64,000 bases of DNA from Candidatus Krumholzibacteriota bacterium (lineage in GTDB: Bacteria > Krumholzibacteriota > Krumholzibacteriia > JAJRXK01), in contig CAWDWO010000026.1 in assembly GCA_963806035.1 (NCBI GenBank), forward strand, positions 136,092 to 200,091. Reading direction: 5' to 3'. The position numbers and the translations under genes are program-made. The notes under the pieces were generated by a model, which had not been told where the DNA came from, did not search any database, and saw only the letters and a list, made by a program, of their open reading frames with translations. Below, piece after piece: positions 54,122 through 62,957 of the stretch (the first letter of the stretch is position 1; each line of letters begins with the position of its first letter).

Positions 54122-55159
54122 TCAGCGCGGGCTCCCCACCCCATTCAATTCGATGGCCGCACCGCCGTCGGAAATGGATCGACAGGCGGCTTCCAGAACT
54201 TCCACCACCTTGAGACCATTGGCTCCGTCGCTCAAGGGATTCTTCCCCTCCCGAATGCACTCGAGGAAATGCTGGGCTTCGGTCTTGAGCGGTTCGGCTT
54301 CTTCGATGCGCGGCAGGACGATGTCTCCGTAACGGTAGCTCAGATGGAATTCTCCAAAGCTGTCGTAGTGCGGCATCTTGGTGACGCCCTTGTCGTACAC
54401 GCGCAGCTTTTCCAGGTTGGAGGTGTCGTCGTAGACCAGCATCTTCCTGCTGCCCACCACGGTGACCCGTCGGATCTTGTTGGGATCGAGCCAGCTCACG
54501 TGCAGATGAGCCCGCACGCTTCCCGGGTATTCCAGGTCCACGAAGGCCACGTCCTCGATTCCCGGTTGTACGAAGGCGTTGCCGGTGGCGTGCACTTTCA
54601 GAGGATGCGAGTCGAGCAGGTAGCCGAGAATGGAAATATCGTGCGGAGCGAGGTCCCAGACCACGTTCACGTCCTCGCGAAAGAGCCCGAGGTTCACGCG
54701 GGTCATGTTGATGTAGAAGATCTCCCCGAGTTCGCCCTCCTCGATGAGCTGACGGATCCTGCGCACCACGGAATTGTAGAGGAAGGTGTGCCCGACCATC
54801 AGGACCTTTCCGTTGCGTTCGGCCGCGGCGATCATGCGGTGGCACTCGTCCACCGTGGTGGCCATAGGCTTCTCCACGAAGACGTGCTTGCCGTGGTTCA
54901 AAGCCCTGACTGCGATCTCCTCGTGCTTGTCGACCGGCGTGGCCAGCACGATGGCGTCGACCGAGGGATCCTCGATTGCGTCCGAAGCATTCCGGCTGAC
55001 TTGCAGGGCCGGATAGAGCCCCTGCATGTGGCTCAGACGCTCTTCGTCCAGATCGACGGCCCAGGCGCACTGTGTATTGGGAAGAGATGCGAAATTGCGC
55101 ACGAGATTGGGTCCCCAGTACCCAACCCCGATGACACCAACGCGAATGGGAGCGCTCAT
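54122..55159 (-). CDS. Gfo/Idh/MocA oxidoreductase, WbpB/WlbA-like (UDP-GlcNAcA 3-dehydrogenase-type)
   Basis: IRVGVIGVGYWGPN Rossmann start at M23, EKP motif (VFVEKPMA), dimerisation-domain C-terminus; genomic association with a DegT aminotransferase and the WbpA-like dehydrogenase. Confidence 0.7.
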   Translation of the reverse strand: MSAPIRVGVIGVGYWGPNLVRNFASLPNTQCAWAVDLDEERLSHMQGLYPALQVSRNASDAIEDPSVDAIVLATPVDKHEEIAVRALNHGKHVFVEKPMATTVDECHRMIAAAERNGKVLMVGHTFLYNSVVRRIRQLIEEGELGEIFYINMTRVNLGLFREDVNVVWDLAPHDISILGYLLDSHPLKVHATGNAFVQPGIEDVAFVDLEYPGSVRAHLHVSWLDPNKIRRVTVVGSRKMLVYDDTSNLEKLRVYDKGVTKMPHYDSFGEFHLSYRYGDIVLPRIEEAEPLKTEAQHFLECIREGKNPLSDGANGLKVVEVLEAACRSISDGGAAIELNGVGSPR

Positions 55160-55211
55160 TGGTGGTCCTCGGTTTAGAGACTGATTTCTGGCATTTGGAA
55201 TCGGGGGGTGA

Positions 55212-56045
55212 TCAGTACGCCCCATCTCCCTTCAGGAGCACGGGAATCGTCTTGAAGATGATCCTCAGATCCATCGCGAGACTCCAATGCGTGATGTAAT
55301 GCAGATCCAGCATTACCATCTCGTCGAAGGGCACTCGGCTGCGGCCGCTGACCTGCCAGAGACCGGTGAGTCCCGGCTTGGCTTTCAAGCGATCCTTGTG
55401 CCAGTCCTGGTAGTGGTCCAACTCGTAGTGAATGGGCGGACGCGGCCCGACCAGGCTCATCTCGCCTTTCAGGATGTTCCAAAACTGTGGGAGTTCATCG
55501 AGGCTGCTCTGCCGCAGGAAGGTGCCGATGCGTGTCACGCGCGGGTCGCTGATCATCTTGAAGACGCGTCCCCCCTGGCGACTTTCCATCTTTCCGTTGA
55601 TGAAACTCTGGGCAAAGCTGCGATGGACCGATTCATCGTTGTTATGATGCATCGTCCGGAACTTATAAAAAGTAAAAGGGATACCGTTCTTACCCAAACG
55701 GGTTTGCCGGAAAAACACCGGGCCGCGCGAGCTACACTTCACGGCGAGGGCGAGGAAGAGGAAGAGCGGAGCTCCCACCACCAAGACCAATGCCGAAAAG
55801 AAGAGATCCATCGCGCGCTTTACGCCCAATTGGAGCTGTGATTGTTCCAGCCTGCCGATGCGAAGACTGAAGACCTCGGCCGCTTCCAATTGCTTTTCCA
55901 GCGTTGCGAGATTCAAGGCTGTCGCGTCTTTCTTCATTTCTGGAGCCGTCCCTGCGCTGAGCTGCACTTCACGGTGATCAATGGCCGACCCGAAACAGGC
56001 GCCCGGCCCTTTCAAACCAGGCACGAGGTCCAACAGGTTTTCCAT
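55212..56045 (-). CDS. polyprenyl glycosylphosphotransferase (bacterial sugar transferase, second copy)
   Basis: TM helix plus Bac_transf motifs ([33 protein letters not shown]); an alternative ATG at 55937 is possible. Confidence 0.75.
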   Translation of the reverse strand: MENLLDLVPGLKGPGACFGSAIDHREVQLSAGTAPEMKKDATALNLATLEKQLEAAEVFSLRIGRLEQSQLQLGVKRAMDLFFSALVLVVGAPLFLFLALAVKCSSRGPVFFRQTRLGKNGIPFTFYKFRTMHHNNDESVHRSFAQSFINGKMESRQGGRVFKMISDPRVTRIGTFLRQSSLDELPQFWNILKGEMSLVGPRPPIHYELDHYQDWHKDRLKAKPGLTGLWQVSGRSRVPFDEMVMLDLHYITHWSLAMDLRIIFKTIPVLLKGDGAY

Positions 56046-56071
56046 CCGAAACCCGAAGCGAGCGTCTCGCC

Positions 56072-57184
56072 TCAGGATTCGAGTTTCAGCAACACCTCGC
56101 TGACGTAGTCCACCATCTCATCGTCCAGCTCCGCAAAGATGGGAAGCGAGACAATCTGATTACAGATCGCTTCGGCAATCGGAAATTCACCGTCACGACC
56201 CAGGCTAGAGAAAGCAGGGTGCTGGTGCACCGCCAGGGGGTAATGCGCCCCATGTCCGATCCGGTGCTCCTTGAGCAGTTGCTTGACCTTCTCTACCTCG
56301 GGATGGTTGACCACGAACAGATGATAGACAGGCTCCGCCCCTTCTTGGGGTTGCGGCATCCGATACCGAGTACCGGCGAGTCGTTCTCGATACCGCTTGG
56401 CCACGCGACGGCGTCCGTCGTTCCAGTCGTCCAGGTGTGCCAACTTCACCTCGAGAACCGCCGCCTGCAGAGAATCGAGTCTCCCGGTGGTTCCCACGAG
56501 GCTATGGATGTTCTTCTCGAGCTGACCATGATGGCGCAAAGCCACCACTTTCTCGGCCAGTTCGGGTTCGTCCGTCACCACGGCGCCACCGTCGCCCATC
56601 GCGCCCAGGTTCTTCCCCGGGTAGAACGAAAAGGCCGCGGCGGTGCTGCTGCTGCCAATGCGAGAAGATTTCCAACGTGCGCCGTGTGCCTGCGCCGCAT
56701 CCTCCAGTAGCACGAGCTCATGCTTCCGCGCGAGTGCGCGCAGTGCATCGAGATCGCAGGGAATGCCGTAGAGGTGCACTGCGAGGATCGCCTTGGTGTT
56801 GGGAGTGATCTTCTCCTCCACCGCGGCGGGATCCATGAGCCAGGTCTCGGGGTCGACATCGCTGAGAACAGGAGTCGCCCCCACCGCGAGAATTGCCTCG
56901 ACCGTGGCCACGAAGGTATTGGGGACGGTGATGACCTCGTCCCCGGGTCCGAGCCCGGCCGCCTGCATCATCAGTTGAAGGGCCATGCAGCCCGAGCTGA
57001 CGCCAACGCAGCGCGCGGCTTCGCAGTAATCCGCAAACGCGGTTTCGAAGGAAACCACGGAGGGACCCAGAATAAATGCATTCTGGTCGATGACGCGCGC
57101 CATCGCGGTGTTGATCTGGTCACGAAGGGGGCCGTTTTGGGCCATCAGGTCCAGGAACGGTACCTGTTGGATATCGGTTCGCAT
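56072..57184 (-). CDS. DegT/DnrJ/EryC1-family PLP aminotransferase (WbpE-like)
   Basis: 370 aa from the ATG at 57184 (MRTDIQQVPFLDL...); conserved PLP-lysine region SFYPGKNLGAMGDGGAVVT; the upper 300 aa of the track ORF are an antisense artefact. Confidence 0.85.
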   Translation of the reverse strand: MRTDIQQVPFLDLMAQNGPLRDQINTAMARVIDQNAFILGPSVVSFETAFADYCEAARCVGVSSGCMALQLMMQAAGLGPGDEVITVPNTFVATVEAILAVGATPVLSDVDPETWLMDPAAVEEKITPNTKAILAVHLYGIPCDLDALRALARKHELVLLEDAAQAHGARWKSSRIGSSSTAAAFSFYPGKNLGAMGDGGAVVTDEPELAEKVVALRHHGQLEKNIHSLVGTTGRLDSLQAAVLEVKLAHLDDWNDGRRRVAKRYRERLAGTRYRMPQPQEGAEPVYHLFVVNHPEVEKVKQLLKEHRIGHGAHYPLAVHQHPAFSSLGRDGEFPIAEAICNQIVSLPIFAELDDEMVDYVSEVLLKLES

Positions 57185-57430
57185 GACCTTGGCAGTATAG
57201 CATAGAAAATTGGGGGATTCCAAGAGGCTCAATGCGACACTTTTCGCCAAGCAAGTTCCCTTCCAACAGGGGCTTAGCCTGGCCCTCCCGGCCCTCCCCC
57301 CGAGGATCCCCGGCCCGAGCCCGCCGGGCGGCGCCGGGCCAGCTCCCTTCCCGCTCTGCGCTCGCCAGCTGGCCCGCACTCTGCTAATCTTCGAGTTCGG
57401 GCCGAGAAGCGCACTTTCGGGGAGGATTCC

Positions 57431-58309
57431 ATGAGGCTGCTCATCACCGGCGCGCGGGGCATGATGGGAAGGGACCTTCGCGCCGCGGCGGAAGCCGCGG
57501 GGCACGAGGTCTGGGGGACCGATATCGCCAAGCTGGAAAAGGACCCCAAGGACCGGCTGGACATCAGCGCCCACGAGGCCGTCGCGGAGGCCCTCGACCG
57601 CTTCCAGCCCGACTGGGTGCTCCACCTGGCCGCCCTCACCGACGTCGATCACTGCGAGCGAGTGCCCGAGGATGCCTGGCGAGTCAACGCCCTGGGCACC
57701 GAGAGCCTGGCCATGCTCTGCCGCGATCGTGACTGCGGATTGCTCTACGTTTCGACGGGCAGTGTCTTCCCCGGTGACAAGAATCTCCCCTACCACGAGT
57801 TCGATTCTCCGGGACCGGTGAGCGTCTACGCGCGCAGCAAATACCTGGGCGAGGAGTCGGTGCGTCGTCTGGTTGCCCGGCACTATGTCGTTCGCGCGGG
57901 CTGGATGTTCGGAGGCGGGCCCGAGGACAAGAAATTCGTGGCCAAGATGATCGATCGCGCGCGAGCGAGCGAGCTGCTGCTCGCGGTGGATGACAAGACG
58001 GGGTCGCCCACTTACACGGTCGACATCGCGCGCCGCTGCCTCGAACTCTTGTCCACGGAGAGATTCGGCACCTATCACGCCGCGAACGAAGGCGCCTGCA
58101 CGCGCTTTGAAATGGCGCAGGCGATCCTGCAAGCCGCCGGCATCGAAAACTGCGAGGTGCAACCTTGCTCCTCGGCACAGTTTCCGCTCGCGGCCTTCCG
58201 TCCCCCTTCGGAGAGTCTCGAAGGGCTGCGCGCCAAGTTGATCGGACTTGCGCCCATGCGTGACTGGCGCCTCGCATTGAGCGAGTACGTCCAGACCACT
58301 TTTCGCTGA
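57431..58309 (+). CDS. RmlD-like NAD(P)-dependent sugar-nucleotide reductase / epimerase (dTDP-4-dehydrorhamnose reductase family)
   Basis: MRLLITGARGMMGRDL Rossmann start, YARSKYLGE (YxxxK); GGGGAGG RBS; convergent with the flanking minus-strand genes. Confidence 0.75.
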   Translation: MRLLITGARGMMGRDLRAAAEAAGHEVWGTDIAKLEKDPKDRLDISAHEAVAEALDRFQPDWVLHLAALTDVDHCERVPEDAWRVNALGTESLAMLCRDRDCGLLYVSTGSVFPGDKNLPYHEFDSPGPVSVYARSKYLGEESVRRLVARHYVVRAGWMFGGGPEDKKFVAKMIDRARASELLLAVDDKTGSPTYTVDIARRCLELLSTERFGTYHAANEGACTRFEMAQAILQAAGIENCEVQPCSSAQFPLAAFRPPSESLEGLRAKLIGLAPMRDWRLALSEYVQTTFR

Positions 58310-58322
58310 GCCACGACTCGGC

Positions 58323-60431
58323 TCAGCGGATGAGGCTCAACTTCTGCGAGCTGCTCTGCGCTCCCGCTTTCAAGACGGCAAAGTAGGTTCCCGAGGATGC
58401 CTCTCCTCCGCGTTCGTCTCTGCCATCCCAGACGAGCACTCCTGAGAGGGGCCAATCTCCCCCGCTCTTCAGGGTGCGCACCCGACGCCCACGGGCATCG
58501 TAGATCGCGAGCTGGGCGCTGCTCTCGCCCGGCGGCAGCTCGTAGTGAAGGGTCGTCCGTGGATTGAAGGGGTTGGGAACCGCGGGCGCCAAACTCACCG
58601 CCACCGGAATCCGGGTCACCGCGGGTCCGCTGGTCACCACGTCACTGCCCGAGCGCGCGATACGAAATCCGATATAACTCTGACTCTCCTCGGCGAGCTC
58701 ACCGCTGCGATAGCCGTTGCGGCAGCCGGCCCAGTCGAAATTGTAGCCGCCGCCGCGGATCACCCGGTACTGTGTGTACCCATACGAGCCGCTCTCCAGG
58801 GGATCGTTCACGCTTCCTGAAAGCTGGTAGGACCAGGTCCACGGATCCTCGCACCACTCGAAGGCGTTGCCCGCCATGTCTCTCAGTCCGAAGAGATTGG
58901 GCGGGAAGGAACCCACCGGCGCCAGTCCTTCCCACACGTCGGCTCCCCCGGTCCCATAGTAGTTGGCGTAGTCGTGCACGTAGTCGGAAGAGTCATCCCC
59001 CCACCAGAAGCGCGTGTAGCCCGGGGTTCCCGGAGTGGATCCGTAGCCGCCGCGCAGCGCGTACTCGAACTCCGCATCGGTGGGAAGCCGCCAGCCATCG
59101 CTTCCCGGAACCGGCGTGACCCCGTCATAGGCCGGGGTGGTTCCGTCCAGTCCGCTGCGCCAGTTACAGTAGGCCAGGGCTCCGTACCAGCTCACCTCAA
59201 CGATGGGCTCGTGGACATCGACGGAATCCTTCGCGGAATAGACTCCCCCGAGCTCTTGGATTTGACACTGGGCGTCGCCCAGATCGACGCAGGGGTATCC
59301 GGCGTAGAGATTGGAACCCGTGTCGTTGAGGAAGGCCAGGTACTGGGCCACCGTGATCTCGGTCACCGACATCACGAAGGGCGACAGAGTCACCGTATAT
59401 CCGGTGGACACCTGATAGCTCTCATAGCGGGGATCGACGTGGTCCCCCATGTCGAAGGTGCCCGCAGGGAGATCCGAGACGAAGGGTGGCTCCGGCCCCG
59501 GGGTGACCGTTGGAGCCGGATCGCTGGCTTGGGCAAGCTTGTTGGTCCAGTAGTCCAGATTGTAGCTCTCGAGCGGATTGAAATTGGTCCCCCAGGGCGA
59601 GAAGAGCTGCAGGGAGATCTGCCCGCCGCTGGAACGGTAGAAGATTACCGCATCGCCGCTGGGATTCCCGCCGGCGTGATAGCCCGAGGCGATCAAAGTG
59701 ACTCCATCGAGCACGTCGTAGAAAATCCCCGGATTCAAATCGGTATAGCCGGTGTCCCCGCAGTACATCGTGACCGGCTTGAGCTGCGCCACCGCCTTGA
59801 TGTGGGGCCAGATCTCGTCGAAGAACTCGTTCACGTCGTATCCGCGCGTGGAGAACTCGTCGTACCAGGCGTTTCCCATCTTGCGGATGACTTCGTAGCG
59901 CGGGTGAGTCTTCACCCAGGCCAGGTGGTGCTGCACGATGAGAAGATCGCTGACGCTGGGATCGCTGGCCGCCTGCGCCAGTTCATTCACGATGAAGTTG
60001 AAATGTTCCTGGTCGGGATTTCCGTTGGGAGATTGCGAGGACCACAGAAAGATCACGCGCGTCGAGTCGTAATCGCTGCGCCAGGTGTCGTCTCCCCAAC
60101 GCGAATACCACTCGCCCATGTTTTCGCTGTCGTGATTGCCCAGCACGGGAACGAAGGGGAAGCTCCACTTCCCGGCGTAGGTGGCCTCGAGGCTGTCCCA
60201 TTCCGCGGGCGCCCCGGAGAAAGTACAGTCTCCCCCGGCGATGTAGGCATCGGGTCCGTAGTGGGGCAGGCTGTCCACGATGGCCTGAAAGCCGGGGCAG
60301 GGCTTCTTGTCCGCGGTCAGGCCGTACATGTGGCCGCCGAGGACCAGGAAGGAGTTGGCGAGTGCAGAAGCGGGCCATCCGGCCAGAATTCCCAGCGCCA
60401 GGAACCAAGCCATGAAGCTTCGCGCGCGCAT
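58323..60431 (-). CDS. secreted three-domain protein: calcineurin-like metallophosphoesterase + formylglycine-generating-enzyme (FGE-sulfatase) family domain + T9SS-type C-terminal sorting domain
   Basis: Signal peptide MRARSFMAWFLALGILAGWPASALA from the ATG at 60431; GNHD and DLLIVQHH phosphoesterase motifs; FGE-like GLRDMAGNAFEWCEDPW...YRVIRGGGYNF...GFRIAR; C-terminal ~90 aa NPFNPRTTLHYELPPGESSAQLAIYDARGRRVRTLKSG...GTYFAVLKAG match the por-secretion-tail (T9SS CTD, FlgD-Ig-like) pattern. Confidence 0.65.
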   Translation of the reverse strand: MRARSFMAWFLALGILAGWPASALANSFLVLGGHMYGLTADKKPCPGFQAIVDSLPHYGPDAYIAGGDCTFSGAPAEWDSLEATYAGKWSFPFVPVLGNHDSENMGEWYSRWGDDTWRSDYDSTRVIFLWSSQSPNGNPDQEHFNFIVNELAQAASDPSVSDLLIVQHHLAWVKTHPRYEVIRKMGNAWYDEFSTRGYDVNEFFDEIWPHIKAVAQLKPVTMYCGDTGYTDLNPGIFYDVLDGVTLIASGYHAGGNPSGDAVIFYRSSGGQISLQLFSPWGTNFNPLESYNLDYWTNKLAQASDPAPTVTPGPEPPFVSDLPAGTFDMGDHVDPRYESYQVSTGYTVTLSPFVMSVTEITVAQYLAFLNDTGSNLYAGYPCVDLGDAQCQIQELGGVYSAKDSVDVHEPIVEVSWYGALAYCNWRSGLDGTTPAYDGVTPVPGSDGWRLPTDAEFEYALRGGYGSTPGTPGYTRFWWGDDSSDYVHDYANYYGTGGADVWEGLAPVGSFPPNLFGLRDMAGNAFEWCEDPWTWSYQLSGSVNDPLESGSYGYTQYRVIRGGGYNFDWAGCRNGYRSGELAEESQSYIGFRIARSGSDVVTSGPAVTRIPVAVSLAPAVPNPFNPRTTLHYELPPGESSAQLAIYDARGRRVRTLKSGGDWPLSGVLVWDGRDERGGEASSGTYFAVLKAGAQSSSQKLSLIR

Positions 60432-60432
60432 G

Positions 60433-61596
60433 CTAGGCGCTCCCGTTCCGCGCCGGCACCCCCGCTGAGCTTTGGGAGAGCGGTTCTCCTCTGAGCGAGG
60501 CATAGAGACTCTCATAGGCGGCCGCGATGGAGTCCCAGGCGTACTCGCGCATGCAGCGCTCGTAGAGCCGCGCGCTCCATTCTTCGAGCCGCGGATCCGT
60601 CAGGGCAGCCTGGAGTCGCTCCGCGAGTGAATCCGAATCCTTTGTGCGATGAAGGTAGGGATAGTCCGGGACGAGCAGCTCACGGTTGGCGGGAATGTCT
60701 GAACAGAGAACGGGGCGTTTGCAGGAGATCGCCTCCAGCAGCATCATCGACATCGCCTCGTATTCGGAGGGAAACACGAAGAGCTTGCAGTTTCGCACCA
60801 GCTCCAAAAGCGCCTCCCTCCCCAGCAGCCTGCGCTGTGCCACGATCGAGGCGTCGGCTGCGATCCTTGCGTCCACTTTCGCGCTGTAGGCCGCATCGTG
60901 CGTGAAGTCGCCGACGACGCACAATTTCAACGGCGTATCCATTTTCTCCCAAGCACTCAGGAGATGGTGGAGTCCCTTGGTGGAATCGAGCCGGCCGCAG
61001 GCGAAGAGGACGTAAGCCCGGGGCCTCAGTTCCATGCTGCTGAGATCGAGACTCTCGGGGTGGCTGTCCTGAAAATAAGGATCGACACCGTTGGGGATGT
61101 ACTCCACCTGCTTGCGGCTCCACAGCCCATTCACCCGCTCTTTGAAACGAGAGACCGAACTCAACCGGTGGCAAAACTGCACGAAGAATCTCTCGGAAAT
61201 CTTGAGATAGAGCTTGGCGAAGCGACCCCACTTCTGACGCGTGTAGGGGTCGCCATGGAAAGTCCCCAGGACGGGAACCCTGAATTTGAGGCGCAGGAGG
61301 GGAACGAAAATACCGAAATCCGAATTGTGCACGTGGGCAAGATCGTAGCGGCCCTTGAGGAGGTAGTGCACGCAGCACAGAAAGAAATAGCTGAACGACC
61401 CGAGATGCTTTCCGCTGAGCGCGGGGACGTGGATGAAATGCAGATTGTCGTGGCAGACGGTGGTTGAGGACGTGTCCTTCCGCAGGTAGATCCAGTAGTC
61501 ATTCTCCGCGGAGAAGTTCTCCAGGAGCTTCTCGACGACCCTGTCTGCCCCTGCCACCGCGGGCAAGGTCTTGATCCCCAGGATGGCGACATTCAT
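60433..61596 (-). CDS. family 4 (GT-B) glycosyltransferase
   Basis: MNVAILGIKTLPAVAGADRVVEKL N-terminus; C-terminal FVFPSEYEAMSMMLLEAISCKRPVLCSD (E..E motif). Confidence 0.75.
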   Translation of the reverse strand: MNVAILGIKTLPAVAGADRVVEKLLENFSAENDYWIYLRKDTSSTTVCHDNLHFIHVPALSGKHLGSFSYFFLCCVHYLLKGRYDLAHVHNSDFGIFVPLLRLKFRVPVLGTFHGDPYTRQKWGRFAKLYLKISERFFVQFCHRLSSVSRFKERVNGLWSRKQVEYIPNGVDPYFQDSHPESLDLSSMELRPRAYVLFACGRLDSTKGLHHLLSAWEKMDTPLKLCVVGDFTHDAAYSAKVDARIAADASIVAQRRLLGREALLELVRNCKLFVFPSEYEAMSMMLLEAISCKRPVLCSDIPANRELLVPDYPYLHRTKDSDSLAERLQAALTDPRLEEWSARLYERCMREYAWDSIAAAYESLYASLRGEPLSQSSAGVPARNGSA

Positions 61597-61607
61597 CCGC
61601 GAGACCT

Positions 61608-62741
61608 CTAGCGATTGAAGAAACCGTTTTCGAACTGGCCATATTGCCGGCTCTCGTCGGGCTGCATGACAGCCTTTTGGCGTTTCCCCAGATAGCTTTC
61701 GCGCCGCACGATGTTCTCGTCCTGATGCACGATGGAATAGTCGACATATTTCTCGAACGGGATGCGAATTCCCAAGATGCTACGGAGCTTGTTTCGCATC
61801 ACCCAGAGCAGGGGTTTCATCCGCGGCAGTTTCGCGTAGTGCTCGTTCCGCATCGCGGTCTTGGCCGACGCCACCATCCAACAGTTCTGGGTGCAGGCCG
61901 CGACCTTCTGCCGTTGCTCCTTGGCCAGCGGTGAGGACATGATCTCTTTCCAGCTGGCCTGCAGAAGGTTGCCCATCTTGAGATCGGGGCGGACGTTGCA
62001 AGCGTAGACGTCACTCCACGGATCGATGAAGGCGAACATGCTTCCGGCAGTACAGGGGATGAGACGGTCGTGCCCCAGAACTTTGGCGATGAGACCGAGG
62101 TTCAGGTAAGCGCGGAATAGAGTCTTCGCGTCCCAGGCCTTCATCATTTCGCTGACCAGATCCTCCACCCGGCTCGCGATGGCGCGGCGGTCGTAGGGAA
62201 CGTTGTCATCTTTGTGGAACTGGAATCCGTTGTGGAGCGCCGAGGTCGCGAACTCCACCCCCTTGTCGCGACTCATGACGTACAGGTCGACGATCTCGTC
62301 CACGTTTTCGTCCTGGAAAGTGGTCGCGAAGCCCAGGTCCCTCCCCCCTGCTTCGATCAGGGCATCCATGCACTCCATCTTCTTGGAGAAGCCCTCTTTC
62401 TCGCCGCGGATGCAGTTGTTCGTGGCCTCGAATCCCTCCACGCTGATGCGAATCTTGATGTCGGGATGGCGCTTCACGATGGGGACCAGCTTGTCCGGGT
62501 GAAGGCCGTTGGTGGAGATCTCCATCGTGCACGCCTTGGGCGACAGGACGTCGACGATCTCTGCGAGATCCTTGCGGAGGGTCGGCTCGCCCCCGGTGAG
62601 GTTCAGGTGGTCGAAGCCGCCCGGGAGCTGTTCCAGAGTCTCGAGGGTCACTTCGCTATTGGTCCGCGTCGGATTCTGCCAGATGTTGCACATCGAGCAA
62701 CGCGAGTCACAGCGGTAAGTGAGGATCACGGACAGATCCAT
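61608..62741 (-). CDS. radical SAM enzyme with a C-terminal SPASM-like Cys-rich domain
   Basis: CxxxCxxC at residues 11-18 (CDSRCSMC) followed by GGEPTL; C-terminal Cys pattern C-x5-C...C-x3-C (IPCTAGSMFAFIDPWSDVYAC...AACTQNC) typical of SPASM/twitch auxiliary clusters; GAGGTGA RBS. Confidence 0.7.
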   Translation of the reverse strand: MDLSVILTYRCDSRCSMCNIWQNPTRTNSEVTLETLEQLPGGFDHLNLTGGEPTLRKDLAEIVDVLSPKACTMEISTNGLHPDKLVPIVKRHPDIKIRISVEGFEATNNCIRGEKEGFSKKMECMDALIEAGGRDLGFATTFQDENVDEIVDLYVMSRDKGVEFATSALHNGFQFHKDDNVPYDRRAIASRVEDLVSEMMKAWDAKTLFRAYLNLGLIAKVLGHDRLIPCTAGSMFAFIDPWSDVYACNVRPDLKMGNLLQASWKEIMSSPLAKEQRQKVAACTQNCWMVASAKTAMRNEHYAKLPRMKPLLWVMRNKLRSILGIRIPFEKYVDYSIVHQDENIVRRESYLGKRQKAVMQPDESRQYGQFENGFFNR

Positions 62742-62957
62742 GGATCACCTCGAAGATTCGAAAGGAACGACGCGCAACTCTCGGAGAGGATGGGAGCCCT
62801 TTCCGCATGTTCGGAAAAGACGGAGATACAGCCGCAAACGTCGCATGATTTGGCTTTAGAGCCTTTTTCTACTGGGATCCCCGCCAGGAGAATCAGTATA
62901 GCACTCTTGCCCCGTCGCAAGCAATCTAGCGGCCCCGAGAAATCTCGCGAGTACGGC

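Noticed and set aside
52983-55070. 695-aa track ORF read as one protein
   Set aside because: Only the C-terminal ~371 aa (from RVRFLADRL...) form a GT4 glycosyltransferase. The N-terminal part is an out-of-frame read across the WbpB-like gene, which has clear Rossmann and GFO motifs in its own frame.
56072-58162. 696-aa track ORF
   Set aside because: The real gene is the 370-aa DegT aminotransferase starting at the ATG 57184. The upstream 320 aa are Arg/Gly-rich antisense/intergenic translation.
62742-62957. Possible precursor-peptide ORF or leader upstream of the radical-SAM gene
   Set aside because: Only a 33-codon ORF (MRRLRLYLRLFRTCGKGSHPLRELRVVPFESSR) without an RBS is present, and it is basic and non-peptide-like. 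A TTGCTT-N18-TATACT promoter-like sequence is present and is more likely the rSAM promoter. No RiPP-like precursor is supported.
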